Shown here piece by piece: positions 8,741-19,074 of a stretch of DNA of 64,000 nt. Source of the DNA: Bacteroidales bacterium (GTDB lineage: Bacteria > Bacteroidota > Bacteroidia > Bacteroidales > WCHB1-69); assembly GCA_045598105.1 (NCBI GenBank), contig JAZLLK010000049.1, positions 38,072 through 102,071 on the forward strand, read 5' to 3'. Made by a program: the position numbers and the translations under genes. A model generated the notes under the pieces. That model did not search any database, was not told the DNA's origin, and saw only the letters and a program-made list of their open reading frames with translations. Each line of letters starts with the position of its first letter. The stretch's first letter is position 1.

Positions 8741-9622
8741 ATGAAAAAAATAACAATAATGCTAGCCGCCGTAGTGCTTATGGCAGCTTGTGATAAAATA
8801 GAAAAACCTTATAAGGTAGAGCACCCTAAGGTGCTTATAAGCGTGGACACTCCTTCGTTTGAGCCTGTGAATAGTGCCATAAAGAAAATATTGGCAGAAG
8901 AATATACGGGGCACCGTTGTGTGAATTGTCCTCAAGGGCATAAGACATTGGCCGATTTAAAGGCCAACATGAAGGATACCCTGGTGGTGCTGGCCTTACA
9001 TGTATCAGAGCAGCAGGCTGCTCCTGATCCTAATGATACCACTTGCCCTGTAGGCTATATTATGGATTATCGTACCACGGCAGGTAATGCTTACGAAAAT
9101 AATTTTTCCATAGGATCTTTGCCGGCTGCGGTGTTTAACCGCACTCTTATTAACGGAATGTATGGGCAGAATTCGGTGAGTTCATGGAAAACCATGGCAG
9201 AAAGCCAGTCTCACGGGGCGGCAGATGCCGGTTTGCAAATAATACCGGTGTGGAATGCCAATGAAGATACCGTATTTGTATTTGTAAACACAACCTTATT
9301 TACCAATATAAATAATAGTATGCGGTTATGTGTGTTATTGTCGGAAAATAACATAGTATCTCCGCAAAAAAACGGTAAACCTGCTATAGGCAGTGTGCCC
9401 AGTATATGTGATTACACGCACCAGCACATGCTGCGTACCAATATATCTCCTATAGAAGGTACTCCCATAAGTATATCACAGCAGTCGGAACATGTAATAT
9501 GTGCCTATGCTTTGCCTTGGAACAGCAAGTGGCAAAAAAATAACAGCAATGTAGTAGCCATGCTTCTCAATGCCGATACGCAGGAAGTGATGCAGGTAGA
9601 AGAAATACAGGTAGCGGAATAA
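8741..9622 (+). CDS. Omp28-related outer-membrane lipoprotein with a thioredoxin-like CxxC
   Basis: Lipobox LMAAC. EEYTGHRCVNCPQGH matches the family signature E-x-F-T-G-x-x-C-x-x-C-P as I remember it. Confidence 0.6.
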   Translation: MKKITIMLAAVVLMAACDKIEKPYKVEHPKVLISVDTPSFEPVNSAIKKILAEEYTGHRCVNCPQGHKTLADLKANMKDTLVVLALHVSEQQAAPDPNDTTCPVGYIMDYRTTAGNAYENNFSIGSLPAAVFNRTLINGMYGQNSVSSWKTMAESQSHGAADAGLQIIPVWNANEDTVFVFVNTTLFTNINNSMRLCVLLSENNIVSPQKNGKPAIGSVPSICDYTHQHMLRTNISPIEGTPISISQQSEHVICAYALPWNSKWQKNNSNVVAMLLNADTQEVMQVEEIQVAE

Positions 9623-11118
9623 TGGTACAATTGAAAAAACTGGTAGGGCAAACAGCCATATATGGCTTAAGCAGCATAATAGGTCGTTTTCTTAATTATT
9701 TGCTGGTCCCGTTATACACTTATAAAATAGCTGCCGAATCGGGAGGTTACGGTGTGGTTACCAATATGTATGCATATACGGGACTATTGTTGGTATTACT
9801 CACTTTTGGTATGGAAACCACTTATTTCCGATTTGCCAATAAAGAAGGCGTTGATCCAGACAAGGCTTTTTCCACGGCACAATGGGCAGTAGGCATAGTA
9901 GCCATGGTATTTGTAACCGTATTGGCCTTGTTTTATAAGCCTATAGCCGGAATTATGAATTATGCGGCACATTCGGAATATGTGCTCATGATGGGCATAG
10001 TGGTGGCTTTTGATGCCTTTCAGGCCATATTGTTTTCCCGTTTGCGTTATGAGAATAGGGCGGTAAAGTTTGCCGGATTAAAGTTGTTGTTTATAATATG
10101 TAACATTATGCTCAATTTGTTCATATTTGTAGCAGCACCGGTGCTATATGTGCGTTATCCTCAGCTTATGGCATGGTATAATCCGCATTATCAGGTGGGG
10201 TACATATTTGTAGTAAATATGATATGTACGGTAAGTATCACTTTAGGGTTTATCCCCGAAATGCGAAAAATGCGTAACGGTTTAGATGTGACTATGCTTA
10301 AGCAAATGTTGAAATATACCTGGCCGTTATTGCTTTTGGGCTTGGCCGGCATACTTAATCAGGTGGCCGATAAAATATGCTATCGTTATATAGTGCCCGG
10401 GCAGGAGGGAGAAGTGCAGTTGGGTATATATGGTGCCTGTGTGAAAATAGCCATGATTATGGCCATGATTACTCAGGCTTTTCGTTATGCGTATGAGCCT
10501 TTTGTATTTGGCGGAAGCCGCAATAACCAAAATAAGGACGTGCAGGCTTTGGTAATGAAGTATTTTGTAATGTTTACTTTATTCGCATTTATGGCCGTAG
10601 TGGCCTATATGCCTTTGCTTAAATATATTATTAAATCCGATTATTGGGAGGGCTTAAAGGCGGTGCCTATAGTAATGATAGCGGAAATATTTATGGGTAT
10701 ATATTTTAACTTGTCGTTTTGGTATAAGCTTACTGATCAAACGTGGTGGGGCGCCGTATTTTCTGGTATAGGGTGTGCGGTACTGCTGGCTGTTAACTTT
10801 ATATTTGTACCGCAATGCGGGTACATGGCCTGTGCATGGGGCGGTTTTGCCGGTTACGGCACCTGTATGGTACTTTCGTATCTGGTAGGTCAAAAACTGG
10901 CTCCGGTGCCGTATCCGGTAAAAGCTATAGCTTTGTATTTTATGCTTACCTTATTGCTATACATGGTAATGACGCATATATACATAGCTAATATGTGGTG
11001 GAGCTTAGTGGTAAATACGTTTATATTGTTGGTGTATGTGGGCGTAATAGCCTATAATGAGCGGGCATTGTTAATCAATGTGGCAGGTGTTATAAAGCGT
11101 AAAGTGCTTAAACGGTAA
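9622..11118 (+). CDS. Oligosaccharide flippase family protein (Wzx/MOP superfamily)
   Basis: About 14 hydrophobic segments and the N-terminus GQTAIYGLSSIIGRFLNYLLVPLYT. Its ATG overlaps the previous stop (TAATG). Confidence 0.75.
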   Translation: MVQLKKLVGQTAIYGLSSIIGRFLNYLLVPLYTYKIAAESGGYGVVTNMYAYTGLLLVLLTFGMETTYFRFANKEGVDPDKAFSTAQWAVGIVAMVFVTVLALFYKPIAGIMNYAAHSEYVLMMGIVVAFDAFQAILFSRLRYENRAVKFAGLKLLFIICNIMLNLFIFVAAPVLYVRYPQLMAWYNPHYQVGYIFVVNMICTVSITLGFIPEMRKMRNGLDVTMLKQMLKYTWPLLLLGLAGILNQVADKICYRYIVPGQEGEVQLGIYGACVKIAMIMAMITQAFRYAYEPFVFGGSRNNQNKDVQALVMKYFVMFTLFAFMAVVAYMPLLKYIIKSDYWEGLKAVPIVMIAEIFMGIYFNLSFWYKLTDQTWWGAVFSGIGCAVLLAVNFIFVPQCGYMACAWGGFAGYGTCMVLSYLVGQKLAPVPYPVKAIALYFMLTLLLYMVMTHIYIANMWWSLVVNTFILLVYVGVIAYNERALLINVAGVIKRKVLKR

Positions 11119-12077
11119 TGCTTATGGGGAATAAGGGTAAAGTATTGTTTATAGATAAAGCGCATGCAGATTTTGCACCTGCATTGGAAGCCATTGGTTA
11201 TGAATGTGAAAGCAGACCTGTGGAGTATGCCGACCTTATGACTTGTGCTCATGAGTATACAGGATATGTAATCCGTAGCCGATTTGTCATAGATGCTCCG
11301 TTAATAGATGCGTCAGTTAATTTAAAGTTTATAGCCCGTGTAGGGGCAGGCATGGAAAATATAGATGTGGCTTATGCAGCCGATAAAGGTATAACCTGTC
11401 TTAATTCACCTGAAGGCAATACTGATGCGGTGGGTGAATATGTGGTAGGTGCTATGGTGAATTTGCTGAGGCGTACTATGCAGAGTAACAGTCAGGTAAA
11501 GCAGGGTGTATGGTTGCGTGAGGCTAATAGAGGATATGAGTTGGGTAGCCAAACGGTAGGCATAATAGGTTATGGTAATATGGGGCATAGTTTGGCCAAA
11601 AAGTTGAGCGGTTTTGGTTGCAGGGTGCTGACGTATGATAAATATAAGTCTCATTGCGGTGATGCATACGCTACACAGGTTACATTAGAGGAATTGCAAA
11701 AGGAAAGTGATATAATAAGTATTCATATTAATTATACAATTGATAACTATTATTATATTAATGAATCTTTTTTGAATAATTTTAGCAAAAATATTTATGT
11801 AATAAATACTTCCAGAGGTAAAGTGCTGGATACCGCTGCTTTGTGGAGTTTGCTGCAAAGCGGAAAGGTAAAAGGTGCTGTGCTGGATGTGTTGGAATAT
11901 GAAAATATACGTCTGCAGAACAAACCCTTACAGGAATGGAATGAGGTGATGAGGGGTATAGCTCATAGTAACAAGGTAATATTATCGCCGCATATAGCAG
12001 GCCAAACCCATGAATCATTGCAAAAGCATGTGAAAGTGCTGGTGGAAAAAATAAAACAGTTATCATATATGCAGTAG
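11118..12077 (+). CDS. D-isomer-specific 2-hydroxyacid dehydrogenase (phosphoglycerate dehydrogenase-like)
   Basis: NAD-binding GIIGYGNMGHSLAKKL and a catalytic-domain pattern ending SPHIAGQT. TAATG overlap with the flippase stop; a start at 11124 is also possible. Confidence 0.85.
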   Translation: MLMGNKGKVLFIDKAHADFAPALEAIGYECESRPVEYADLMTCAHEYTGYVIRSRFVIDAPLIDASVNLKFIARVGAGMENIDVAYAADKGITCLNSPEGNTDAVGEYVVGAMVNLLRRTMQSNSQVKQGVWLREANRGYELGSQTVGIIGYGNMGHSLAKKLSGFGCRVLTYDKYKSHCGDAYATQVTLEELQKESDIISIHINYTIDNYYYINESFLNNFSKNIYVINTSRGKVLDTAALWSLLQSGKVKGAVLDVLEYENIRLQNKPLQEWNEVMRGIAHSNKVILSPHIAGQTHESLQKHVKVLVEKIKQLSYMQ

Positions 12078-12082
12078 GCGTA

Positions 12083-13423
12083 ATGGAAGTAGCACTCACA
12101 TTGTTATACACGGTTTTGTTTATGGTACTTATATGTAAGTGTCCGTATTTTAAATCCAAAAGCCTGTCATCGCGAGCATTGTGTGTGCTATTTGGTATGA
12201 AGGTAATGGCCGGTGTATGCATGTATATGATATATACATATTATTATCCTAATAGGAATGAGGCTGATATATTCCGTTATTTTGATGATGCCAGGGTGAT
12301 ATATGAGGCTTTGCCCGAAAGACCTATGGATTATATTAAAATATTATTTGGTATAGGTAATAATACCCCTTATTTTAACGATCATTATTATGTGTATCTT
12401 AATCATTGGGAGCGGCTGGTAGTAACAAATATATTCAGTGATTCGCATACTATTATTCGCTTTAATGCCTTGGTAATGTTGTTCTCGTTCGGGTATTTCA
12501 ATGTGCACAATGTATTTGCGTCTTTTTTGGCCTTTGTAGGCTTATTTTCCATATATAAATGGGTAGAAAATAATATAAAGCAGGTGCATATGTGGTATGT
12601 TATTGCCATATTTTTATTGCCTTCGGTGGTGTTTTGGACCTCGGGAGTACTTAAGGAAAGTATTATTATGTTCGGTACAGGCCTGTTAATATATTCTATG
12701 GATAGTATGGTTCAAAAGCGTGTGTCATGGTATAAGGTTTCCATATATATATTATGTATGATATTGGGAATAGCGGTATTGGTGTATACCAAATTGTATT
12801 ATTGTTTACTCATAGTATTGTTGGGAGTTGTATTTGTACTGAATAAAAAATACAATATAAAACATCCTTTATGGGCGTATATGATTACGATATTGGTAAT
12901 GATACCTTCCTTGTATTTTATGGCTCTTTATTATGATAATAATTATAATGCTTTGTATTTGATAGCCTATAAACATAATGATATGGTGTATTTAGGCATG
13001 GAGGAAGGTGCCCGTATGGCTGACGAGGTAATATTGCAGGATAATATAGCATCGTTTGCGGCCTATATGCCTAAGGCATTGTATAATGCCATGCTGTTGC
13101 CGTTGCCGTTTACTGATTTTTCTCCTATGATGCTTATGGCATGGGGAGAGCAGCTGTTATTAATGGCGGGTATGGTGTTGTTATTGGCAATGGGGGCGCA
13201 TGTACCTATAAAGAATAAGAATATGTTTTGGTTTTGCATGCTGTTCTACATAGCCAATGCTATGGTAATAGGTATAAGTGTACCCATAATAGGGGCCATA
13301 GTGCGGTATAGGAGTGTGAGTTTGCCATTTTTAATAGTAGCAGTGTGCTTGTGCTGTGATACATATACCATAAAAAAAAGAAGCCGTAAGGTGATCAAGT
13401 ATATACAAAAACATTCTATATGA
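12083..13423 (+). CDS. Polytopic membrane protein of unknown function
   Basis: 446-aa ORF with at least 10 hydrophobic spans. It sits 5 nt after the previous stop and overlaps lpxB by 4 nt. I recognised no family. Confidence 0.6.
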   Translation: MEVALTLLYTVLFMVLICKCPYFKSKSLSSRALCVLFGMKVMAGVCMYMIYTYYYPNRNEADIFRYFDDARVIYEALPERPMDYIKILFGIGNNTPYFNDHYYVYLNHWERLVVTNIFSDSHTIIRFNALVMLFSFGYFNVHNVFASFLAFVGLFSIYKWVENNIKQVHMWYVIAIFLLPSVVFWTSGVLKESIIMFGTGLLIYSMDSMVQKRVSWYKVSIYILCMILGIAVLVYTKLYYCLLIVLLGVVFVLNKKYNIKHPLWAYMITILVMIPSLYFMALYYDNNYNALYLIAYKHNDMVYLGMEEGARMADEVILQDNIASFAAYMPKALYNAMLLPLPFTDFSPMMLMAWGEQLLLMAGMVLLLAMGAHVPIKNKNMFWFCMLFYIANAMVIGISVPIIGAIVRYRSVSLPFLIVAVCLCCDTYTIKKRSRKVIKYIQKHSI

Positions 13424-14529
13424 AATATTATATTATATCAGGTGAGGCATCAGGCGACCTGCATGCGGCCAATTTAGTGCGGCACCTTATGCAAAGTGAT
13501 ACTCAGGCGCAGGTACGTGCCTGGGGTGGTCCCTTACTGAGGCAGGCAGGAGCCTGTGTGGTAAAAGATTATAGTGAAACAGCCTATATGGGGTTTGTAG
13601 AAGTGCTTACTCATGCGGATAAAATAATGCGTAACTTTTCATTTTGCAAAAAAGACATATTAGCTTATGCTCCTGATGTGGTAATATTGGTGGACTATCC
13701 GGGCTTTAATTTACGCATAGCCAAATTTTTGCATGAGCATCATTTGCGGGTATTTTATTATATTTCACCGCAGGTGTGGGCATGGAAGAAGAACAGGGTG
13801 CATGCTATACGCAAATATGTGGATGAAATGTTTGTAATACTGCCTTTTGAACAGCAATTTTATGCGCAGCATAACATGAAGGTGCATTATTTTGGTCACC
13901 CTTTGCTTGATGTGGTGAAGCAGGCTTGTATTGATGCCCGTTTTAAAGAAAGGCATAGCCTTTCAAACAAGCCTGTTATAGCCGTGTTACCCGGCAGCCG
14001 CCGACAGGAAATATTGCGTATGCTTCCCACTATGCTCAAGGTAGCATCACAGTATGATACCTGCCAAATAGTAATAGCAGGTGTGGAGCATCACAAGAAC
14101 CTGTATACCCCTTATGAACAGGAGTATAAGGTAAAAGTGGTGTATAACAGTACCTATGATTTGTTACACTGTGCTCATGTGGCATTGGTTACTTCAGGCA
14201 CAGCCACATTAGAAACGGCTTTGTTCAATGTACCTCAGGTAGTGTGCTATAAGGCCAATTATTTGTCGTATGTAATAGCTAAACATTTAATTAAGGGTAT
14301 CAGTTATATTTCATTGGTAAATTTAATAGCGGATGCCCCGGTGGTAACCGAATTAATACAGCAGGACATGAATCCGTGTACACTGAAAAATGAAACCGAT
14401 AAAATAATGGGAGGTTACTGTAGGGAACGTATGTTGCAGCAGTATGCACAATTACAATATAGTATGGGTAATGGCGAAGCCTCCATGCGTATAGCGGAGC
14501 AAATGGTGAAATTATTAGAAAAAAAATAA
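13420..14529 (+). CDS. lpxB: Lipid-A-disaccharide synthase
   Basis: YYIISGEASGDLHAANL, DYPGFNLR and SPQVWAWKKNR motifs. ATGA start/stop overlap with the upstream gene. Confidence 0.9.
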   Translation: MKYYIISGEASGDLHAANLVRHLMQSDTQAQVRAWGGPLLRQAGACVVKDYSETAYMGFVEVLTHADKIMRNFSFCKKDILAYAPDVVILVDYPGFNLRIAKFLHEHHLRVFYYISPQVWAWKKNRVHAIRKYVDEMFVILPFEQQFYAQHNMKVHYFGHPLLDVVKQACIDARFKERHSLSNKPVIAVLPGSRRQEILRMLPTMLKVASQYDTCQIVIAGVEHHKNLYTPYEQEYKVKVVYNSTYDLLHCAHVALVTSGTATLETALFNVPQVVCYKANYLSYVIAKHLIKGISYISLVNLIADAPVVTELIQQDMNPCTLKNETDKIMGGYCRERMLQQYAQLQYSMGNGEASMRIAEQMVKLLEKK

Positions 14530-14574
14530 TTTGAAAAAAAAAACGGAAATATTGGTAAAACTATAAAAAAGTGT

Positions 14575-14582
14575 TACCTTTG
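14575..14582 (+). promoter_or_regulatory. -7 box TACCTTTG for rocD
   Basis: Extended context AAAGTGTTACCTTTGCA, 43 nt upstream of the ATG at 14625. Confidence 0.65.
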
Positions 14583-14624
14583 CATAGTGAAATAAATAGA
14601 ATTTATCAATAAAAAATCATAAAT

Positions 14625-15860
14625 ATGGAAATTGAAAAAATAACATCAAGTCAGCAAGCCATGGATATGGAAGCCAAATACGGTGCACACAATTATCATC
14701 CGCTTCCGGTAGTATTGGCAAAAGGTAAAGGTGCATTTGTGTGGGATGTGGAAGGTAAAAAATATTTTGACTTTCTATCAGCTTATTCAGCAGTAAACCA
14801 GGGTCATTGTCATCCTAAAATTATTCAGGCATTGTGTGATCAGGCACAGCGTTTAACATTGAGTTCACGTGCATTCTACAATGATTGTTTGGGTTCATGG
14901 GAAAAATATGTTACCGAATATTTCGGTTATGAAAAAGTATTACCTATGAATAGCGGTGCCGAAGCCGATGAAACAGCCTTAAAGTTGGCTCGTCGTTGGG
15001 GTGTGGTTAAAAAAGGTATTCCTAATGATGAAGTAATGATAGTATGCTGTGAAGGTAACTTCCATGGTAGAACCATTACTATTATCACCATGAGTAATGA
15101 CCCTGAAAGTTATGCTAACTATGGTCCTATGACTCCCGGTTTTATTCGTATTCCATATAATGATGCCGATGCATTGGAAAAGGTATTAGCCGAAAAAGCT
15201 GATAAAATAGCCGGTTTCTTATTGGAACCTATTCAAGGTGAAGCAGGAGTATATGTTCCTGATGACGGTTATTTGAAAAAATGCTATGATATATGTCATA
15301 AATATAATGTATTGTTCATGGCCGATGAGGTACAGTGCGGCATAGCCCGTACCGGTAAAATGTTAGCATGTGACCATGAAGACGTACGTCCTGATATATT
15401 AATATTAGGTAAGGCATTAGGCGGTGGTGTGGTTCCTGTATCAGCAGTATTGGCCGATGATGAAATTATGTTGAATATTAAGCCCGGAGAACACGGTTCC
15501 ACTTTTGGCGGTAACCCCATAGCTGCTAAAGTCAGCATGGCTGCTTTGGAAGTTATTAAGGAAGAGCACCTCATGGAAAAGGCCGATCGTTTAGGTAAAA
15601 TATTCCGTGAGGAAATAGGCAAAATTAAATCACCTATGATAGAAAAAGTACGTGGTAAGGGCTTGTTGAATGCTGTTATCATTCGTCCTAAAAACGGTAA
15701 GGAAGCATGGGATGTATGCTTGAAAATGCGTGATATGGGTCTGTTGGCTAAGCCTACACATCAGCACATTATTCGTTTCGCGCCTCCATTGGTTATTACC
15801 GAAGAAGAATTGCGAGAAGCTATTGAAATTATTAAAAACGCTATTCTTTCATTTGAATAA
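14625..15860 (+). CDS. rocD: Ornithine aminotransferase (ornithine--oxo-acid transaminase)
   Basis: [37 protein letters not shown] and ILGKALGGG motifs (class III PLP aminotransferase, ornithine aminotransferase type). Confidence 0.9.
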   Translation: MEIEKITSSQQAMDMEAKYGAHNYHPLPVVLAKGKGAFVWDVEGKKYFDFLSAYSAVNQGHCHPKIIQALCDQAQRLTLSSRAFYNDCLGSWEKYVTEYFGYEKVLPMNSGAEADETALKLARRWGVVKKGIPNDEVMIVCCEGNFHGRTITIITMSNDPESYANYGPMTPGFIRIPYNDADALEKVLAEKADKIAGFLLEPIQGEAGVYVPDDGYLKKCYDICHKYNVLFMADEVQCGIARTGKMLACDHEDVRPDILILGKALGGGVVPVSAVLADDEIMLNIKPGEHGSTFGGNPIAAKVSMAALEVIKEEHLMEKADRLGKIFREEIGKIKSPMIEKVRGKGLLNAVIIRPKNGKEAWDVCLKMRDMGLLAKPTHQHIIRFAPPLVITEEELREAIEIIKNAILSFE

Positions 15861-15880
15861 TATACATGAAAGGTATATCA

Positions 15881-15915
15881 AAAAAAAGCAGCAATTTTAC
15901 ATTGTTGCTTTTTTT
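15881..15915. terminator. Bidirectional terminator between rocD (+) and pnuC (-)
   Basis: GCAGCAAT / ATTGTTGC stem (one G-U pair), flanked by an A7 run on the left and a T7 run on the right. Confidence 0.75.
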
Positions 15916-15938
15916 GTACTTATGTTTTTTAGGCTTGT

Positions 15939-16502
15939 TTAGTTAATACTTTCTTTTTTCCACTTAAAGTATCCCATTACCGATATTATGGAATATGTGG
16001 CATATAGTATGGCCGACGGAATGAGCATTTTGCCGGCAAACATAACGGTAAGTATAGGATCTACCATTAGCCAACACAACCATTTTTGATAATATTTTTT
16101 TGTCATCATCCACATGCCGGTAATACTTATGCCGGTAGAAAATCCGTCCATTAAATATATATCGCTTTCGTGCATCAGGTATAATATATAGGATATAACG
16201 CTGCTAATGGTAATAGTGAATAATATGGCGGGGAGTATGTATTTTTTTGGCATGGAGCATATATGTTGTTCGGAATTGTTGCGAGGATGAATTACATTGG
16301 TCCATACCAATAGTCCGTATATATAGGCCATTACGTAGTATATATTGATGCACATATTGGCATATATGCCATTTTGAAAGCATACTATGGTGTATAGTAT
16401 AGGCATAATGAGCCCAAATATCCATAGCCATACTGAAGCCTTGTATTCAAAGAATACAGCTATAAGACCTACAATTGCTCCTGTTATTTCTATGTAGTTC
16501 AT
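15939..16502 (-). CDS. pnuC: PnuC-family vitamin permease, probably thiamine-type (PnuT) given the riboswitch context
   Basis: 187 aa with seven hydrophobic spans and the typical N-terminus YIEITGAIVGLIAVFFEYKASVWLW. It lies 6 nt downstream of the riboswitch-controlled receptor. Confidence 0.8.
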   Translation of the reverse strand: MNYIEITGAIVGLIAVFFEYKASVWLWIFGLIMPILYTIVCFQNGIYANMCINIYYVMAYIYGLLVWTNVIHPRNNSEQHICSMPKKYILPAILFTITISSVISYILYLMHESDIYLMDGFSTGISITGMWMMTKKYYQKWLCWLMVDPILTVMFAGKMLIPSAILYATYSIISVMGYFKWKKESIN

Positions 16503-16508
16503 GTGTTT

Positions 16509-18983
16509 TTACAATTTAAATATAATTCGACCGGCTACGTTGGTGCCGGGTTGTGCGTATAGTCCGTTGGTAATATATGGTTCACTGCCGTCGGCAAAGC
16601 GGGCGGTGTATCCCCATCCGTTGTTTACGTATAGGGTGTTGAGTATATTGTTTACCTGAAATTGCAGTTCTATACTATATTCTTTTTTTAGAGGAAGGGT
16701 ATAGCTTATTTGTGAGTTTATTATAAAGTAGTCTTTTAATAGGGAGCAGGGGCGTGATGTGTTGTCATAGTATTGTTTGCCTACATATTTACCTGTGAGG
16801 AGAATGTATAAATTTTTGCAAGGTTCAAAGTGAAGTGTAGCTACACCTATTATATTGGGTGAAAGTGCCAAATTGGTAGTACCCATGTCTATACGGGTTT
16901 GTGCCATGGGTGCCCGGTCGGAGGGGTTGTTGAATGTATCTTCATAATATACGTAGTTGAGTATTTTATTGCGGCTCAGGCTCAGGTTGGCATCTATTTT
17001 CAGCCAGCGACATACATTTACGCCTCCGCATATTTCTACACCCATACGATAGCTTTTATTCACATTTTCCATTATAGCATAGCCAATAGTATTGAGTTTG
17101 CCGGTAGCGGTAAGTTGGTCTTTGTATCCCATAAAATACATGTTTATACCTATTTTCCATTTCGAAGGGTGGTATTCATAGCCGGCTTCCACATCCAGCA
17201 TGTGTTCGGCCTTAGGAATGTCGTGTGCTCCGTATTTGGCGGCGTCTTTTATGTCGGAGCGGGTGGGCTCTCTATTGGCCAGTCCTGCTACCATATATAC
17301 TTTATGCGGGCTGTTAGGGTGGTAGGTAAAGCCTATTTTAGGGTTGGCAAAATGGTATATGTTTTTTTGGCTCATGGGAGCCATATCATTATCTATACCG
17401 TTTATTATATAATATATGTAGCGATATTGCAGGTCGGCATACAGCAGCCAGTGAGGGGTAATATGATAATTTATTTTGGCAAAGGTGGTGGCATCAAGTT
17501 TGTTGCTGTTATTTTCATACCATACCACATTGCCGTGAATATTTTCGTTGTATTTTATCCATAATGTTTTACCATAGTAAAAACCATGATAATAGGTGAA
17601 TGTTTCCCCAAATGACAGGTCCGTTTTTTTTTCTTTATAGTCTGCTGAAATTATGGCTACGCCATAGTGGTTTTTTTCACATTCCCGTTTGGTAAGGTCG
17701 GAGCAGGAGTGGGTTACGTTATTTATGGTTTGTACAGGTATGCCCATAGATGGCAGGTCGGCATCGGCTACATAGTTTTCATAATAGCCATAGCCGTGGG
17801 TATAGTTGCCGGTAATATTGAGTTGCCAGGCTTTATTAAAGGAGTAGGAATAGTATAGTTGAAACAGTTGTTGCCCGTAGTTGTCGGTTTCATTGTCATA
17901 GTATTTTTCATTGCCTGCATCGTCATAGTATAGGCCTGCATTGTTATAGGTACGGTCTATACACAGCATGTATGAAGGGGTGCCGTTCCATGTAATGCCT
18001 GTTTTTTGTTGCCCTATAATGGCAATGAATTTAAGCAGACTTTTAGGACTATATTTACCTAAACTTACAAATACTGAATGGTGGTTGCAGTTTCCGTTAC
18101 GTATGTAGCCGTCAGTACTCAGGTGTGTGTAGCTGGCTTCGGCCGAAAATCCATGGCGTGTAATGCCGCTAGCCAGGTTAATGGTAGCCTGAAAAGTATT
18201 AAAAGAGCCCAAAGAAAGGTCGGCCATGGCCGAAAAATTTTCTTTAGGATAGAGTGTGAGCAGGCTTACGGATCCGCCAAAAGTACCGGTGCCGCCGGTA
18301 TTGGCACCTATACCTCGTTGTATTTGCACCGATTGAGCCATATTGGTAATATTGGGTATGTTTGCCCAAAAAACCTGCTGTGATTCCGCATCGTTGAGCG
18401 GAATGCCGTTAATGTTGACATTAATACGGCTGGGGTCAGTACCTCTTAACCTAAAGGAGGTGTTGCCTACCTGAGTGCCGTTTTCGGAGGAGGCCACTAC
18501 TGAAGGTTCCATTTCTATTACATAGGGCAGGGCTGATTCTATGTTTTTACTATGCAGTTCTTCCTTGTTAAGAGTGCTTATGCTCATAGGGGTTTCTTTA
18601 TTGGCATATGATGAAGACACTATAATACCTTCACATAGTACCGAGGTGGCATGAAGAGTGAACAGCAGCATGCTGTCGGTAGGGCATGATATGTCGGCTA
18701 TAATACTTTCGTAACCTATACATGATAGTTTAAGCCGATGAGTACCTTCGGGTAAAAACAGGGAAAATATTCCTTCCTGATTGGTAACAGTTCCTGTATA
18801 TGTGTTACTTACCCATACGTTTACATTCTCTATGGCTTGAAGTTGCTCGTCCACTACACGGGCTTTTATCTGGTAATTTTTTTTGTTGTTTTCATCGGCG
18901 TATGCCGTGCTTAGGCTTATGGCTGCCCACAGGCATATTGTCGTTTTTATCAGCCTTACGGCTGTAAATGAATGAGTTTTCAT
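16509..18983 (-). CDS. TonB-dependent outer-membrane receptor with a carboxypeptidase-regulatory-like N-domain; candidate thiamine receptor
   Basis: Signal peptide, CarbopepD-like domain (IKARVVDEQLQAIENVNVWV), plug, barrel, and a C-terminal aromatic end (RIIFKL). The track start at 19010 is a TTG; the ATG at 18983 gives MKTHSF... plus a signal peptide. Confidence 0.85.
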   Translation of the reverse strand: MKTHSFTAVRLIKTTICLWAAISLSTAYADENNKKNYQIKARVVDEQLQAIENVNVWVSNTYTGTVTNQEGIFSLFLPEGTHRLKLSCIGYESIIADISCPTDSMLLFTLHATSVLCEGIIVSSSYANKETPMSISTLNKEELHSKNIESALPYVIEMEPSVVASSENGTQVGNTSFRLRGTDPSRINVNINGIPLNDAESQQVFWANIPNITNMAQSVQIQRGIGANTGGTGTFGGSVSLLTLYPKENFSAMADLSLGSFNTFQATINLASGITRHGFSAEASYTHLSTDGYIRNGNCNHHSVFVSLGKYSPKSLLKFIAIIGQQKTGITWNGTPSYMLCIDRTYNNAGLYYDDAGNEKYYDNETDNYGQQLFQLYYSYSFNKAWQLNITGNYTHGYGYYENYVADADLPSMGIPVQTINNVTHSCSDLTKRECEKNHYGVAIISADYKEKKTDLSFGETFTYYHGFYYGKTLWIKYNENIHGNVVWYENNSNKLDATTFAKINYHITPHWLLYADLQYRYIYYIINGIDNDMAPMSQKNIYHFANPKIGFTYHPNSPHKVYMVAGLANREPTRSDIKDAAKYGAHDIPKAEHMLDVEAGYEYHPSKWKIGINMYFMGYKDQLTATGKLNTIGYAIMENVNKSYRMGVEICGGVNVCRWLKIDANLSLSRNKILNYVYYEDTFNNPSDRAPMAQTRIDMGTTNLALSPNIIGVATLHFEPCKNLYILLTGKYVGKQYYDNTSRPCSLLKDYFIINSQISYTLPLKKEYSIELQFQVNNILNTLYVNNGWGYTARFADGSEPYITNGLYAQPGTNVAGRIIFKL

Positions 18984-19074
18984 GTTTTTTTTGTTTTTTA
19001 ATTTATACAATAAATAAAAATTGAATATGCCAACCTTATGCAGGCGGGCTAAATTAAAAAAACAAGGTGAAAAA

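Noticed and set aside
16899-17564. 221-aa ORF on the plus strand inside the TonB-receptor gene, and similar long antisense ORFs at 24530-25141, 49014-49556, 49629-50192, 58967-59491, 59094-59594, 60060-60560 and 7582-7971.
   Set aside because: Each lies fully inside a well-supported gene on the other strand. Their products are Tyr/Ile/Phe/His-rich with no motifs. The ATA/TAT-rich codon usage of the real genes suppresses stop codons in the antisense frames. I treat them as shadow ORFs.
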